Source of the DNA: Antedon mediterranea
Taxonomy: Eukaryota > Animalia > Echinodermata
Assembly (NCBI RefSeq): GCF_964355755.1
Contig: NC_092676.1
Coordinates: 873,788-937,787, forward strand
Direction: 5' to 3'
Length of the DNA stretch: 64,000 nucleotides
Below the pieces are notes generated by a model, which had not been told where the DNA came from, made no database searches, and was given only the letters and a program-made list of their open reading frames with translations. Every line of letters starts with the position of its first letter. Within the stretch, counting starts at the first letter, position 1. Shown here piece after piece: positions 14,801-26,580 of the stretch. A program made the position numbers and the translations under genes.

Positions 14801-15494
14801 AACGACATTATTTCATACGGAGGATCAAACTCTTTCTACAGTCCAACCTATCGAACAAATACAAACTACAAAATTGAATAGTGATACGACAATAAACATA
14901 CGTTCTATAGAGAATAATAGACGCCGAATTTCAACACCAAGTATAAATGATGTTCACACAACAATATCGCAATCGCACAAAACTCATAATGCACATTTTT
15001 CTACAACTTTGGAACCTACAAGTGACCAAAAACAGACAACGTCGTCAATTATTAATGATCATGTTGATACTATAAGGAAACCTGATCCTACGTTACACCC
15101 AAAAGTGATTCCGTTTGGAGAAAATATTGATACAATTCCTGTTGTTAGAGTAACAACTATTATAAAAGATGTTAACAAACAAACAACGCCGGACTTGTCT
15201 AAACCTGGTTTAACAAATTCTGATGATTCTGTACCAAATACTCCTGAAACTTTATTAAAAACTTTGAAATCAAACAAAACACCCAGACAATTAGACGATC
15301 CGACCATTTTGAATGCTGACGATGAAATCAAAACAGCAACTGTTCGTAGAAATGCTAAAATCATAATGGCGGCAATTGTAGGAATGGCCGTTCTTAGTGC
15401 ATTTATTTTGACTATTTTTTCAATTCTTATCAAATGTTTTAGTAAAAGCAGAAATGGTGTATATAATCATAATCATCCTCATCGATGGAGCTGA
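11886..15494 (+). CDS. Ig-superfamily type I membrane protein (V + C2 + I-like Ig domains, long Ser/Thr-rich mucin stalk); nectin/CADM/KIRREL-like, ~1202 aa
   Basis: Single 3.6-kb ORF; likely ATG 11886 just after the acceptor TTTTTTTAG; signal peptide MQAWKIIVCLTAGMCCYSTA; V-domain motif YNLRIDNVTNLDSGSYAC; second domain LLCVSSGGKPAPILSW...FTCEA; third domain ATFAC...W...VYCVI; ~840 aa T/S-rich stalk; TM IIMAAIVGMAVLSAFILTIFSILI; ~20 aa tail. Confidence 0.92.
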   Translation: MQAWKIIVCLTAGMCCYSTAIQFIAEPFDTIVNYGETVVLRCALKDQGDKPLYWQNTDTQQFISMDHEIDPYRSFGNKTRERLSIIGDSRYGEYNLRIDNVTNLDSGSYACLYFDVFGYYSRPAEIKVVNPPMKDYPMCMMSPTTPAAIGDEVDLLCVSSGGKPAPILSWTSGGNLVPSVYVSGGIGGVTSNKYSLILNEDDRGKVFTCEASHEAFAVPKTCTIIPIGFNIPVYLRPKVKYATEGRRATFACYTDKSLEPTFHWYIGNKRLNSNDPRVTPTKDGVSKLKLRNLRISDNGTNVYCVITNRFGAKKNDSSLLLVFPSYYSGGKGTGKVNLPETESFPPKDNGDNLQPTVLNPTTKNTKLITTKDNSLSPTTSTPATPGTTEHTTMFDKLMSVKDTHLSGRTTMGTKHFVENTRETPKDHNTFEWKPNMTTSNNLSNQNNDIIENSIESTQSPHEDLETDVTHRGQQTNNVYTLDIITEDPNEIWEATVIASMKNYVFTTDASDNVNHLKSSQRPMASAPPTTSTTTDSDGFNLETPNQNQPSSSTSIQTPKASDEQTVSLKMVTNKNVPTPSNIDNFSTGVTKTAATSMLSTSGTAAVIDSESLSPSVSSHSIETKDIINETTNSPHTTLPITSPASTENFTIGLQTFVKEDVVPVKLVNTNKWKVLSSTASYRINSTTENIEIEAQNFNYTTPKTEGQATNSPTTKSDMVTRDGYTVREDTNMATTVSMATEKMNNMSASTSGKPYVSDSPFSMTNSSTEQTKIRISKIYHRSDKMKATDVGNTPSYDNYQTDAMMQSEKSVSEKPYLENVSEKPYLDDITDLVYNMQDAKTSTQIKITDESITSTISTEETTENIEHAPNEIEMTSIASGTNKQILTTAIRQPTHVSTKETVVAKQTTSQIVTNPVTKLIRTIMKSTERITSSNLQNTDIKTISPLWKTETLVDDTKDTTTVATPETSGTKRTTLFHTEDQTLSTVQPIEQIQTTKLNSDTTINIRSIENNRRRISTPSINDVHTTISQSHKTHNAHFSTTLEPTSDQKQTTSSIINDHVDTIRKPDPTLHPKVIPFGENIDTIPVVRVTTIIKDVNKQTTPDLSKPGLTNSDDSVPNTPETLLKTLKSNKTPRQLDDPTILNADDEIKTATVRRNAKIIMAAIVGMAVLSAFILTIFSILIKCFSKSRNGVYNHNHPHRWS

Positions 15495-17499
15495 TTGGTG
15501 TATGTAAATGAACAGTATTGTAAATGTATATATAGTATTGCCATATATCAAAGAAGTGTACATAAATAACGTTTCATTATCAATTTATAAAAACAAAAGA
15601 ATGAGTTACTTGTAAATATGACTTTCGTCCTTTACTTTACTATTAATTTAGAGCTACTAATGGAGTACCGTACAAACACAAATACTATTTTAAACAAGTT
15701 TCAAATAATTGTAGGTCATAAAAACTGTACCAACATGTATATAATGTGATTGAGTTGCTTCAGTTTTCGTCTTTCACGGTAAAATTATTATCTAAAAAAA
15801 GACTGCTTGTATATGGACGAAACAAAAGAAAAACTAGGAATGTCTCATCTTATTCAGGAAACTAAAGGTAATCCTTAAGTTGACCAACAGGGAGGGTGAG
15901 GCAGTATTTTGTGACTCATTTACTCTAATACATTAAAAACACAATGACTCACTTATTATATTTTAAGTAATCTCAATTATTGAATAACCTGTTTATAATA
16001 CAAATTTAAAGCAATTATGTTAATTTTATTTGAAACATGATGCTGTATATCATAATTAATTCAATTAATTAATTTCAATTACTAGAACATTTGATAAATT
16101 AATTTATAATAATTTCTTGTATATAAAGGTGTTTTATCAATTAAATTTTAATTTCAATTAAGCTATATGAAAAATAAATAATAAAGTATGCCTTATTGCC
16201 TATAGCAAAATATCACGTGACTGGTAGGATAATACTTGTAAAATGTTTCTTCTTCAAAGTACTACATGTTCATTATTGTTTAATTCAGCTGTTTTCTATG
16301 ATTGATGCTTTATTTTGTGTGTGGAATACATTAAACGGTAGAAAACGTGTATGTAACGTCTCATTTGTTTTTATCTCGTCATATTTAGCAAGTTTTCTCT
16401 TCGGACGGAGATGAAGTATACGGTAATTTCATAAACGATATTTCTTTCTTAACGAATAATCATTCGCCCGGTATACACCGTTTCTTATCGAGACAGTATT
16501 TAGTCGTTCTTCCTCTTCCGAAACGAAAGATCACTAATAAACTTTTCTATCGAAACGAGTAGAGACAGAATGAGCTAAATAAATATAATAACCCCAAAAA
16601 CATAAAATAAAGAAATTTGTTACATATGAATTAAATTCATAAGTTACAGTTTCTTAATTTTTTTTATCCTAAATTGTAGAGTTTTTTTTTGTAAATCAAC
16701 CAGCGAAAAATCTATTAGTGCTGTACAAATATACACACAGCACAGTTTACATTATGACAATATTTTGTTTTTCTTACCTCAGTTACGTTTTGTGAGAGCA
16801 CCCTCTATTGAATTTCACCCAACTTTTTCAAACTCTAGAGGGCTAGACAACTTTTATTGAAATGAAGTACCACGATAGTTTTATATTATTCGAAAAAAAC
16901 AAGTAATTTTGTTCTTCATAACGGAGTTTTCTTGTATACCGCCCTCATTATCTAAAAAAACTAATAATGGCGGAGCTAGTGACATTTCTGTTCAAGAGTA
17001 GGTCTACTGTTAAAGTGGTGCATTAACCAATTGGTTAACACATGCAGCATGTAACCAATAAAATAGGTAACCAAAAAAATAAGCATGTGACATAATAGTC
17101 TATTCATTTAAAAAAAGGTTAAAATAACAGTGTGGTGTGTAAAATAACTCAATTGTTGCAAAATATTACAAAACTTATTAAATAAAAAATATAGTAAATA
17201 AATTTGTAAATAAGAGCAACACAATCTGTTCTTACAATCAAATGCTCAAATGTAACGGTCAATTAAAAATAATATTTCAAAAATAAAAAAAATTATTTCA
17301 ATGCACGTTAAAAGAAGTTACTACAATGTTTTAAAGGGTATTTAAAAACCTTTTAAAAGATAGTCATAAAACCTTGGAAACTAAGAATTAAAATTAGCTC
17401 AGAAAATGTATATCATATGCTTTGCGGAAGAAGCGTCTTGCTGGAGAGGAAGTACCCTATTTAACGCGCGAGATTAATAATCATTTGGCTCACAGCATG

Positions 17500-17587
17500 C
17501 ATATTCTCACTAGCGTACACACCGTACGCGCAGGCAATTTGACCAATCAGAATCGCTTGCGTTGCGTCCTTGTGGAAATAAAGCTTA
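17500..17587. mobile_element. MITE family A, internally deleted copy
   Basis: TTCTCACTAG...TTGACCAATCAG...CTTGCGTTGCGTCCTTGTGGAAATAAAGCTTA. Confidence 0.5.
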
Positions 17588-20500
17588 CGTGTTTCTTTGA
17601 TAGGTTTGTTAGGCTAAATTAATATTCTCGATTTAATACAAACGCATACTGTATGCATCAAGGTAGCATTTTACTTTCTAGATAAGATAGCTCTAGCGAT
17701 TTTTTCAGTGCATTTCATCCAATTACTCCACCACTTCGCGTACGCCTACTCACAATGTTGGTTGATGTCTTTCCAAGTTACGCTTGAAAAGCAGTATTTC
17801 AAACCCAATTAAAATCAACAAAATAACACAAGTGTTTCCAATTTTTAAATCTCTATTTAATAAATATAATTTATATAATTTATAATTTTGGTGTCTAAAA
17901 TATCGTACTGACTCTGATAATTACGGTCAACAATTGTAATAGACAAAACTGTGAAAATGACGTGGCCGTCTGGTGGCAAGCATAGACCCACATCTGTTAG
18001 TCTGGTACTGGCAAGAGAAGCAGGCTGATGGATGCTGTAGCTGGGCCCTTAGTAGTGACTCATAACCCGCGTTGTACTGCAATGAAATTTTGTCAGATCA
18101 TACGAATAATCTGATTCTCAATGGTAACTTCTGTGCGTGGTCAATTATTGAAGCCATTGACCAAAGTACCAGTTAGCCCTGTCGCGATTTTCTATACAAC
18201 GGTACTAGAGGTCAATAATAAATTGTCTACAATGGCCTATTGTAATCTTATTACTAAATGACTAGTACAAAGTGTAACAGTGCGAATAAAATCCATAGTC
18301 GCCAACATCCTCAAATTCGAGAAAGTTTATACGTATTGCACCGTAGGTCCATTACATGCTAAATGTTTTGAAGTTACAGTAGCGGTGTATCGTTTTCACG
18401 ACGCGCCACGCGGTTACGCGACTATCGAGCAAAAAATCATTAAACGCATGCTCATATTTTTTTAGCCTACGCACAATTTAAATAGGCCCACAGTAACACA
18501 ATTACAGAGAAAAGTTTCATGTTTACTCAAACTAATTTCTGTTATATATGATGGGTCAATAAAAATTACTATGATTATACTCATGGCTGTGAGTAATGTT
18601 TTAGGATATTAAAACCCAACCTAACCTATTCCAGATATATTATTATGACTTAGCTGTGCGAATGTAGTATCGTATTTATAGACAACTTTAGTTTTTGTAA
18701 GATACTAAATTCCATCTAACCTATTTTAAAAAGGTCAAGTTGATATTACAATCTGCACACCTTTTGTAGACATAAGTCATCACATTTTGTTGCACTTTCA
18801 CATTTGTTTCTGTCACGCAAAATGTGAATCAAGGCTCGCACAATCTGAGGTGTGTTTTAGAAACTAGGCTGCTAAATTTAACTCGTAACAAGTTATTAAA
18901 GTCTGTGGTTCTACAGGTTATTGGACGAGTTAGATGACCCCTGTAAATGGGATTTTAAAATGAGTTTACTCCGATAGGTACAATGTGTAAAATTAAACGT
19001 ACTCCTAAACAAATAAACAGCACATCAGAAAGGAGCGAACATGATTTTGTTTAAATTGTCTTGGCACTGTTTATAAGAAATTTGGAAATTCCATATTACG
19101 AATAGAATTCTAAGAAGCAAGTAAACCCACCCACATTGTCTATTAAAATCTGACATAAAGACAGAAGAGTAGAATAAAAACGGGAAACTATGTTCATATT
19201 CCCCAATCATTACATTTGGTATTGCTTCTTAGTATATTGGAAACTTTCCAACACAATCTTTTCAAATCTATGGCTGTTAAATGTTAAACTATTATTCTAC
19301 AACAAAATACGTTTATATAGAATGTCCCTCTCCTAACAAAAACCTAAAGTAAGATAGCTGATTTTTGTTCTCTTTTGTGAGGTTCACTCACCTTTATTTC
19401 CATTTCAAAACATAACTGTTACATAACTTTGTTTATGTTTCCAGTCTTTTGATGTTTTTGTATATATTATATTTATTTAATTTGTGTTAATGTATAGTAG
19501 GCTTACGTCCAACCTAACCTTTCCACCTGATTGCACATTTTTGTAGACATCGAAGTTTTTACAAAAGTGTTTTTAGCCGATAATGTTTTGTAGTTTTCAT
19601 ACCATACTCTTTACATTAAATGTGGTGCTCTTTTCCTGTGCATTATAATGAACGATTTCCGGTTGCAATGCCGAAGAAAGTAGGCCTACACTGAAAAGCA
19701 ACCCACTATCGTCATAAAGCTGGTTAGATACAAAAAACACATCTTAGAATAATAATATTTATTTACAATCCATATTACATACAATTATATATTTTGCTGG
19801 AAATGATATTTATTTATTTCAGTGGCGAATAATTTCGACTTAACTTTTTTAGAATAAACAAAATTACAAACGGTCACCGCAGAAGTATCACCTAACACGT
19901 CATTGCTGGGAACGAAATTGATTTTTTCTTTGAAAAATACTAGCGCTAACTGATAATGCAATAACTATTTCGCAAATCAGTGAAAGTTTGAGATTATAAC
20001 CTTCAAAATAACCAAACACGAAACTAAAATTTAAAAAATAAACACTATAAAAAAATGAAACCGGTTTTTACCAGATAGTTAATAGTATCAGATTATTAGA
20101 ATCAAAACACAACTCAGAGTAAATGGCAAAATAATGGACAGTATTAAATATACGTTTTGTTTACTGATTAGCAACATTTGATGAAATTACAACTCATCTT
20201 AGCTAATCAGTCGGATGTTTATAAGCACATGTGCTTACATCTAATGTATGTATCCTCTAGATATACCTTAGAGGGACATTCATTAATATTCAGTAATTTA
20301 TACAGTTCCTACTTACGTTTTCCTCTTCTTCTTCCTGTAGCTTCTGATACCTGCAGAGCGTTTACTGGTCATCTTCAATTAGTTCTTAAAAGAGATACAA
20401 AGTGTTAATAATTGTCAGTCTAAAACGCTGCCTTGTATTAAGTGGTTCGTTATCTTTATATGAGTGGTGATTGAGACTAATGATTCGAAACAAATGGAAA

Positions 20501-23500
20501 GTATCTGTACCCTTACAAGTTAGAAACTACTTTGTACACATCAACGCATGGTTTATATCTCAGAATAGTTCTTTCAAAATGATCAATCTGGTGTGAACTA
20601 TACGTACATTTGTGAAAATTAATTATTACAATTTTTACTTCGTTTTTGAAATAAAAACCAGTTATTTCGAATAATATATAATTTAATTCAGCTACAGAGA
20701 GAAACTTTAATTATTATTGCCGAAATGTTAAAAACTGGCTTAGATCTTTTTTTCTTAAAATAACTTCAACAGTGTCAAAGTTTTTTAAGTTCAAACACTG
20801 AAGAAACAGTAAAAATATGTTTAAATTCAATTAAGTGCGCGATGTGAACATTGTCATATAACTTTAAACAATCCAAAACATTGAATATTTCTTTCTCAAG
20901 ATAACTCCACTTCACTTTAGCAATTAATTTAATTAGTTATTATAAAAATGTTTTCATTTTCTGACAATTGTTGTCATATGTATAACAATTGATATATTGG
21001 TACTCTCTAGTACACTCACCGATTTGTTCTTTTAATGCCTGACAAATATGCATGATCTTAAAGTTACAACCTTATCATATTTACAGAAGGCGAGCGGGTG
21101 TACAATTATATAACCAATAGTGCATTATATTCTTCAGAGAGTCAGACACAAGAATGTTTCACGTAAGAATAATTTAATCTCCATCAACTAAAGACTTTAT
21201 CATTCTATGTCTGCTGTCATGAGACATAGTTCCCACAGGGTAGTTTTCAAGTGACTAATACTATACTTTTTTATTGGTGAACTATGATTCATAATATATT
21301 ACCGATTTCAAACTGTATAAAATTCGTATTTAGCGCTATAATTTAGAAATACACTTATTCACTTCTTTTTTATATCTGTTTTTACTATTATTGAATGTTT
21401 TATTGAACTTGTATTCTAAAGAGATGTCAAGTAAGATGTTTCACTTCATAATCACAGGGATAGAGTGATAAAATCCTACGTTTAACAAATGTCTGCTTGA
21501 TCACTCAACTAGGGTGAAAATGTTTGGTAGCAATCGTCTCATTAGAAACGTCATGGCATGAGTTCGATTTAGTCACGTTGATATAAATCTACATATAGTA
21601 AACTTATGCTTATTTTAAAATCACAGAAAAACTTTGAAATGTTGTCATATTGTCAAAGTGATCGAATGAACTAAACTATAAGACTGACTAGCCAGATTAA
21701 GTATTCACTGACTAAGGATTACCCACATTAGGCATGTATATACAGATGCCATTACGCGATAAATTAATTGATTTGAAACATGGATAATTTCATAAATTTG
21801 AGACAACGACGAAGTGAACAGTTTAAGACAAATTAATGTGGGAGGTTGAATAAATGCTTTTGCAAAAGTTTAAATCTTTACTGAACTATGTGCATTTACT
21901 TTGTTGAACCAATACAACTAATTCATTCAATGTTAATAATATCGGAATGATGTCTTTGCTCTTTTAATTGATACAATATTTCGAGCTATAGTCATCGCTT
22001 ATCATTTCCAAAATATGTCAGCGACATTGAATTCCTGAAAAAAATCTTTGCATATTTTCGTTTCTAATGTTTTAGGCTTAACAAGGATGCGATAAGCATG
22101 TACACAATTACAGCCTAAGTCATTAATTATTGTTCTTAATTGTTGATTAGTTTGTGCTTACTATCAGTAAAGCAGGTCTAAAGATACAGATATGTTTGGA
22201 TATCTGAAGGATATCAAGAAATCATAGATAACTCTACGATGATGATTATTTTGTCGAATGAGCTGATTTAGTAATTAATTTGTGCGGAACTAATTCCATA
22301 TTCGTCGGTTTTAAGGAAATTCTTTAATTGGATAAATTGTCGGTATTGCTATGAATGTCTTAGTGGTGTGAGAAAGTAAACCTTATTTTTGTAGAGTCAT
22401 TTAAATATGGAGATTTAATTTCAATGTTTATCCACTCTATTTTATTTCGTCAGTGATAAAATGTGTAACGAAGGAACAACGAATAATGTTTTTTTTTCTT
22501 TAGATAATGATTTTTAATAATGAATATTGAAACGATACTTCATAGAAGATTTTTTCCAAGAAGTTTATGGAGACTTGGTCTTTCTAGAGTAAGAGTTAAA
22601 ATGAATACCTGTAATAACAAACTATGTATAATGTAGGCAATCTGACCGTAGAATTGAGTAATTTAAAAATGAATTTCTTAGTTGAGGAATATATTTCACT
22701 GAATCAAAAGATCACAAGTATAGTTATTAATATAAATATCATTCGTCAAAGCAAGCATATGTGTTCCATTAACTTTAGGGAAGTTAGGTTTAAATCTATC
22801 AACATCGACTTAAAAGGAGCCTAAAGTAGTTATATTGAAAGTAGTTCGAAGCCTTGCTAGTGCATTACCATAATATAGAGACATATCACTTATTTTCACA
22901 GGCTACAGTTCTGTATACAACATCTAACCAGTTACATACATGTATACAATGTATCTACAACATGTTCTGTTCCTTTTAACTGTTGTTATAGTATACAGTA
23001 ATAGTCTTTTACGTTAGCGAAACTTACTTTAGCGAAACTTATACTTTAGCGATACATAAAATTATTCAATGTCACAAAATGATGACCACGGTTTCTTTTG
23101 ATATTTTTTTTAATTGAGCAAAGTCATGACTACCGTAAAATTGTTGTCAGAAACAATATAAGTTATATAACTTACGTCCTTGTAACATACAGTACGTAGA
23201 ACAGCCAGGTATTTTGACCAATCACAAGTAATGTATTATCCGAACACTTTGTCATTGGTCATTGATACCCACTATGCGCGCGCGTGTGTTTATGTCAACT
23301 TACGACGCTTCGAAGTACTTGGTCACCATAGAGTAAAGAACGGAGGGTGTCACTAACGATTAAAATCTATGTAAATAGTGAAATACAGTCTCTACCTAAC
23401 ACAGAAAAAATGAGAGATTAATCGATTGACGAACCGGGGGTATGATTCATTTGTAAGTTAATCCACCGGGAACATAGACGTTCTCTTTGCTGTGTAATCA

Positions 23501-24062
23501 ACGGCCTTGCAGTAGTGTAGGGTGAGACACAAGGGAAAACAATTGCACGCGTCAAGAACAGTGATTCAAATATACTTTTCATACAATTCAAATTAATATA
23601 AAAAAAAAAAGTCCACCCGATAAAGTCGAAAGAAATGAGTCTACCCACTGAACAAAAAAAATGGAATGACAAGTCAAGTATTTTAACATTAATTTTTATC
23701 TGAAACTTAAATTGACATTCCTACAAGTGGTATTCAATCAAAGTATAAGCCCCAACATTTAGGTAATGTAATATTACATAATCTAATTTGTCGTAGTAGT
23801 ATTCATTGCTATGGGACTTTACGTTTTACTTTTCATATTTAGAGCAACATTGCGTGCAGATATTTTATTATGGAATAGAAAGTAGAAACATTAATGTAAT
23901 TGTACAGAGATGTATTTAAAAGGGGTGTTTCTTTATTAAAGGTAAAAACGATTAATATAAAACAAAATCAACTAAAAAATAATTATAAACACAAGAAAAA
24001 CTTGCTCCTGCTCCTTATATTTGATAAATGAATACATAATTCTAACCATAGTATGGATTGAT

Positions 24063-24500
24063 TAGCCAAAAGAAACGAGTACAAAAAAATCTGCTTAATT
24101 TAGTCATGCACTTAAGTCCTACTCTAGCCAAAAGAAACAAGAATTTATTTATATTAGTTTATCATGTTTTGTTAGTTCTATTGTGCCAAAAAAAAAAAAC
24201 AAGTATGCAAATTGCAAAAAGAAAAACGGAATGAAAAGTGTTTTATCATTTGGTATTCCGAAAGAAAAAAGTCTACCAATTAGGGAAAAAAATTGGCAAG
24301 TAAAGTATTTTACGATTAATGATATTAGTTATAGTCTAGTCAAAAGAAACAAGTCTACCAACAAGGAAAAAATGGCAATTGAAGTATTTTACCATTACTG
24401 TTAATATTGGTATGCATTTAAGTTACACTCTAGCCAAAAGAAAGAAGTATACCAATTGCACAAAAATGGAATGAAAAAGTTAAGTATTTTAACATTAGCT
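24063..24500. repeat. Degenerate tandem repeat (~60-95 bp units)
   Basis: Recurring TAGCCAAAAGAAACAAGT...AAAATGG...AAGTATTTTA at ~24063, 24125, 24183, 24258, 24337, 24431; related copy at ~23625-23690. Confidence 0.6.
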
Positions 24501-25075
24501 ATTTTGTTGTCATGCATCATTGCTAAGTCCTACTTCAGGATGCTGTGGCTTCTGTCAACTATGGACCTTTGATTGATCAACGAAAGTTTGAAAAGGAATA
24601 AACAACGGAGACAAGAGAGGAAACATCAGCCAAAAATAAATTGAGGATTAACACCTTCTTGAAAATACCCCAAATTAATTAATACATTAATCAATCAATC
24701 CATCATTACGTTTTATTTGACACACTAGTAGAAGTTCTCCTCACGGCATTCAAAACATATAAAGCAGGATCGGTTCAATATGCTGTTTTTTAAAGTTGTA
24801 TAGCGGTTTTTCTTCTCCATTTATTTCTCTCTTTTGATACGGTTTAGCAAGGATAGGAGAAAGAAAAAGAAGCAAACTTCAAAAAAGATGAAAAAACGGC
24901 CTTCAATGGAAATACGTTTTAAGAGTTGTTTTAGATGTGTATTAAAACAAGTAAACGGTAACAAATATAATGAATGTATAGTTGATAACTAAGCACTTAT
25001 TAGTTGAACAATGTATCAATGCCATCCTGATTTGTAAGTACCAGACTTAAGTACCAGACTTGACTTAAGTTGTAA

Positions 25076-26580
25076 TTCGTTTCGTTTCGTTTATTAAACA
25101 ATTCTCTACACATACAAAAAAATACAAGATGTTACATAGTAAAAAGCATGTCTAAAAGGAAGCCTAGATAAGTTTTTTGTTACAAACAAATAAACTTTAA
25201 GCCTAGACTCCCTGCAGTAGCACACAAAATAACAATGGTTGGGACAAATGAAAAACCATATATACCAATATAAAAAAACAAAACAAAAATTAATAAAAAT
25301 AATAAAGTGAAAATAGAAACCCCAAAAAGAAAAAAGCGAAACACCGGACAGACAAGGACTTAAATCAGTCGAGCTCATAAAAAGACATTAAAAAAAACAT
25401 TAGTAAAGAAAGATTTACCAGCATTTTATTTATTTATGAATTAATCGTCATATGCAGTGATCAGTGCTTGTTTAAGATTTAGTTTGAAACTAGCAATTGA
25501 TGGTTTGTTAAAACGAGAGAGAAAGGTAGTGAATGCCATAATTTGGGACCACAGAATAGAATTGAGTGACGTCTCAGATTTGAAATAGTTAATAAAGAAG
25601 AAGTATAGGTTTGGGCGAATCTTGTATTGTGACTATGATAGGGTTTAGAAAACAGAGAAGCGATTTGGGAAGGCAAGGAACTCTGATGTGAGCGGAACAT
25701 AAAGAGGCAAATTTGAAGTTTTTTAAGGTCGTAAACATTTAAAACGTTATACTTATAAAACAAGGATTTGGTATGAGATTTGAAAGAAGTGGAAGCGCAA
25801 AGTCTTAATGCTCTTTTTTGAAGTCTAAAAATGTTATCAATGTGTGTTGTTTCGTAACTGTCCCATGGAGATAAGTTAAGAAATTTATCAACAGTGGTGG
25901 CCCGGGAAATATTGCAATATGAGATATAAGGCAAAACTAAAGTGTTATAAAGAATTAATAATATATTAGAAGGAAGGGATGATTTTAATTTATTTACAAT
26001 AGCTATGTTTCTCGCGATAATGTTACAGATTCGATATATGTGGGGCTTCCATGTAAAATTAGAGTCAATTGTTACACCTAAAAATTTAGTTTCATTGAGA
26101 CGCATGATTTTGTTATGATCAATGTGTAAACGATGGCCATCGGAAAATATAGATTTGAGTCCAAACAAAATATAATTTGTCTTAGAAATATTAAGGGACA
26201 ATTTATTGAGTTTAAACCAATTAGTAACTTTAACAAGTTAGGAGTTAATAATTTGATATAGAGATGTCTTGTTGCTGTGGGAATACAATATATTCGAATC
26301 ATCAGCAAAAAGAATAAATTTTAAAAGTTTAGAGGAATTTGGCAAGTCATTCCAGTAAAGTAAGAAAAGAAGAGGGCCTAATATAGAACCCTGGGATACA
26401 CCACAGAGCACACGTGACAGTTTTGAGTTAGCTAAATTAAAGTTAGTAAACTGTTGTCTATTGGATAGATAGTTTGAAATCAGTTTAAGAGAAAGGCCTT
26501 TGACACCTTAAGTGTATAATTTTTTTTCAAGTATATTATGGTTTATGGTGTCAAAGGCCTTGCTTAAGTCTAAAAAGACA
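25076..26580 (-). mobile_element. 5'-truncated, frameshifted CR1/L2-like LINE (RT domain and 3' UTR)
   Basis: Minus-strand translations FLDLSKAFDTINH, GVSQGSILGPLLFLLY, FILFADDSNI, KFLGVTIDSNFTWKPHI; 3' end AATAAA followed by an (ACGAA)n tail. Confidence 0.9.

Noticed and set aside
12290-15433. Minus-strand ORFs overlapping the Ig gene (also 29575-30946 and 39191-39826)
   Set aside because: Antisense shadows of real coding sequence.
22190-22270. C/D-box snoRNA (CTGA...TGATGA...CTGA)
   Set aside because: No upstream C box, terminal stem or recognisable rRNA guide.
25036-25061. 13-bp direct repeat AAGTACCAGACTT as the LINE TSD
   Set aside because: Both copies are on the same side of the LINE; it is a local duplication.
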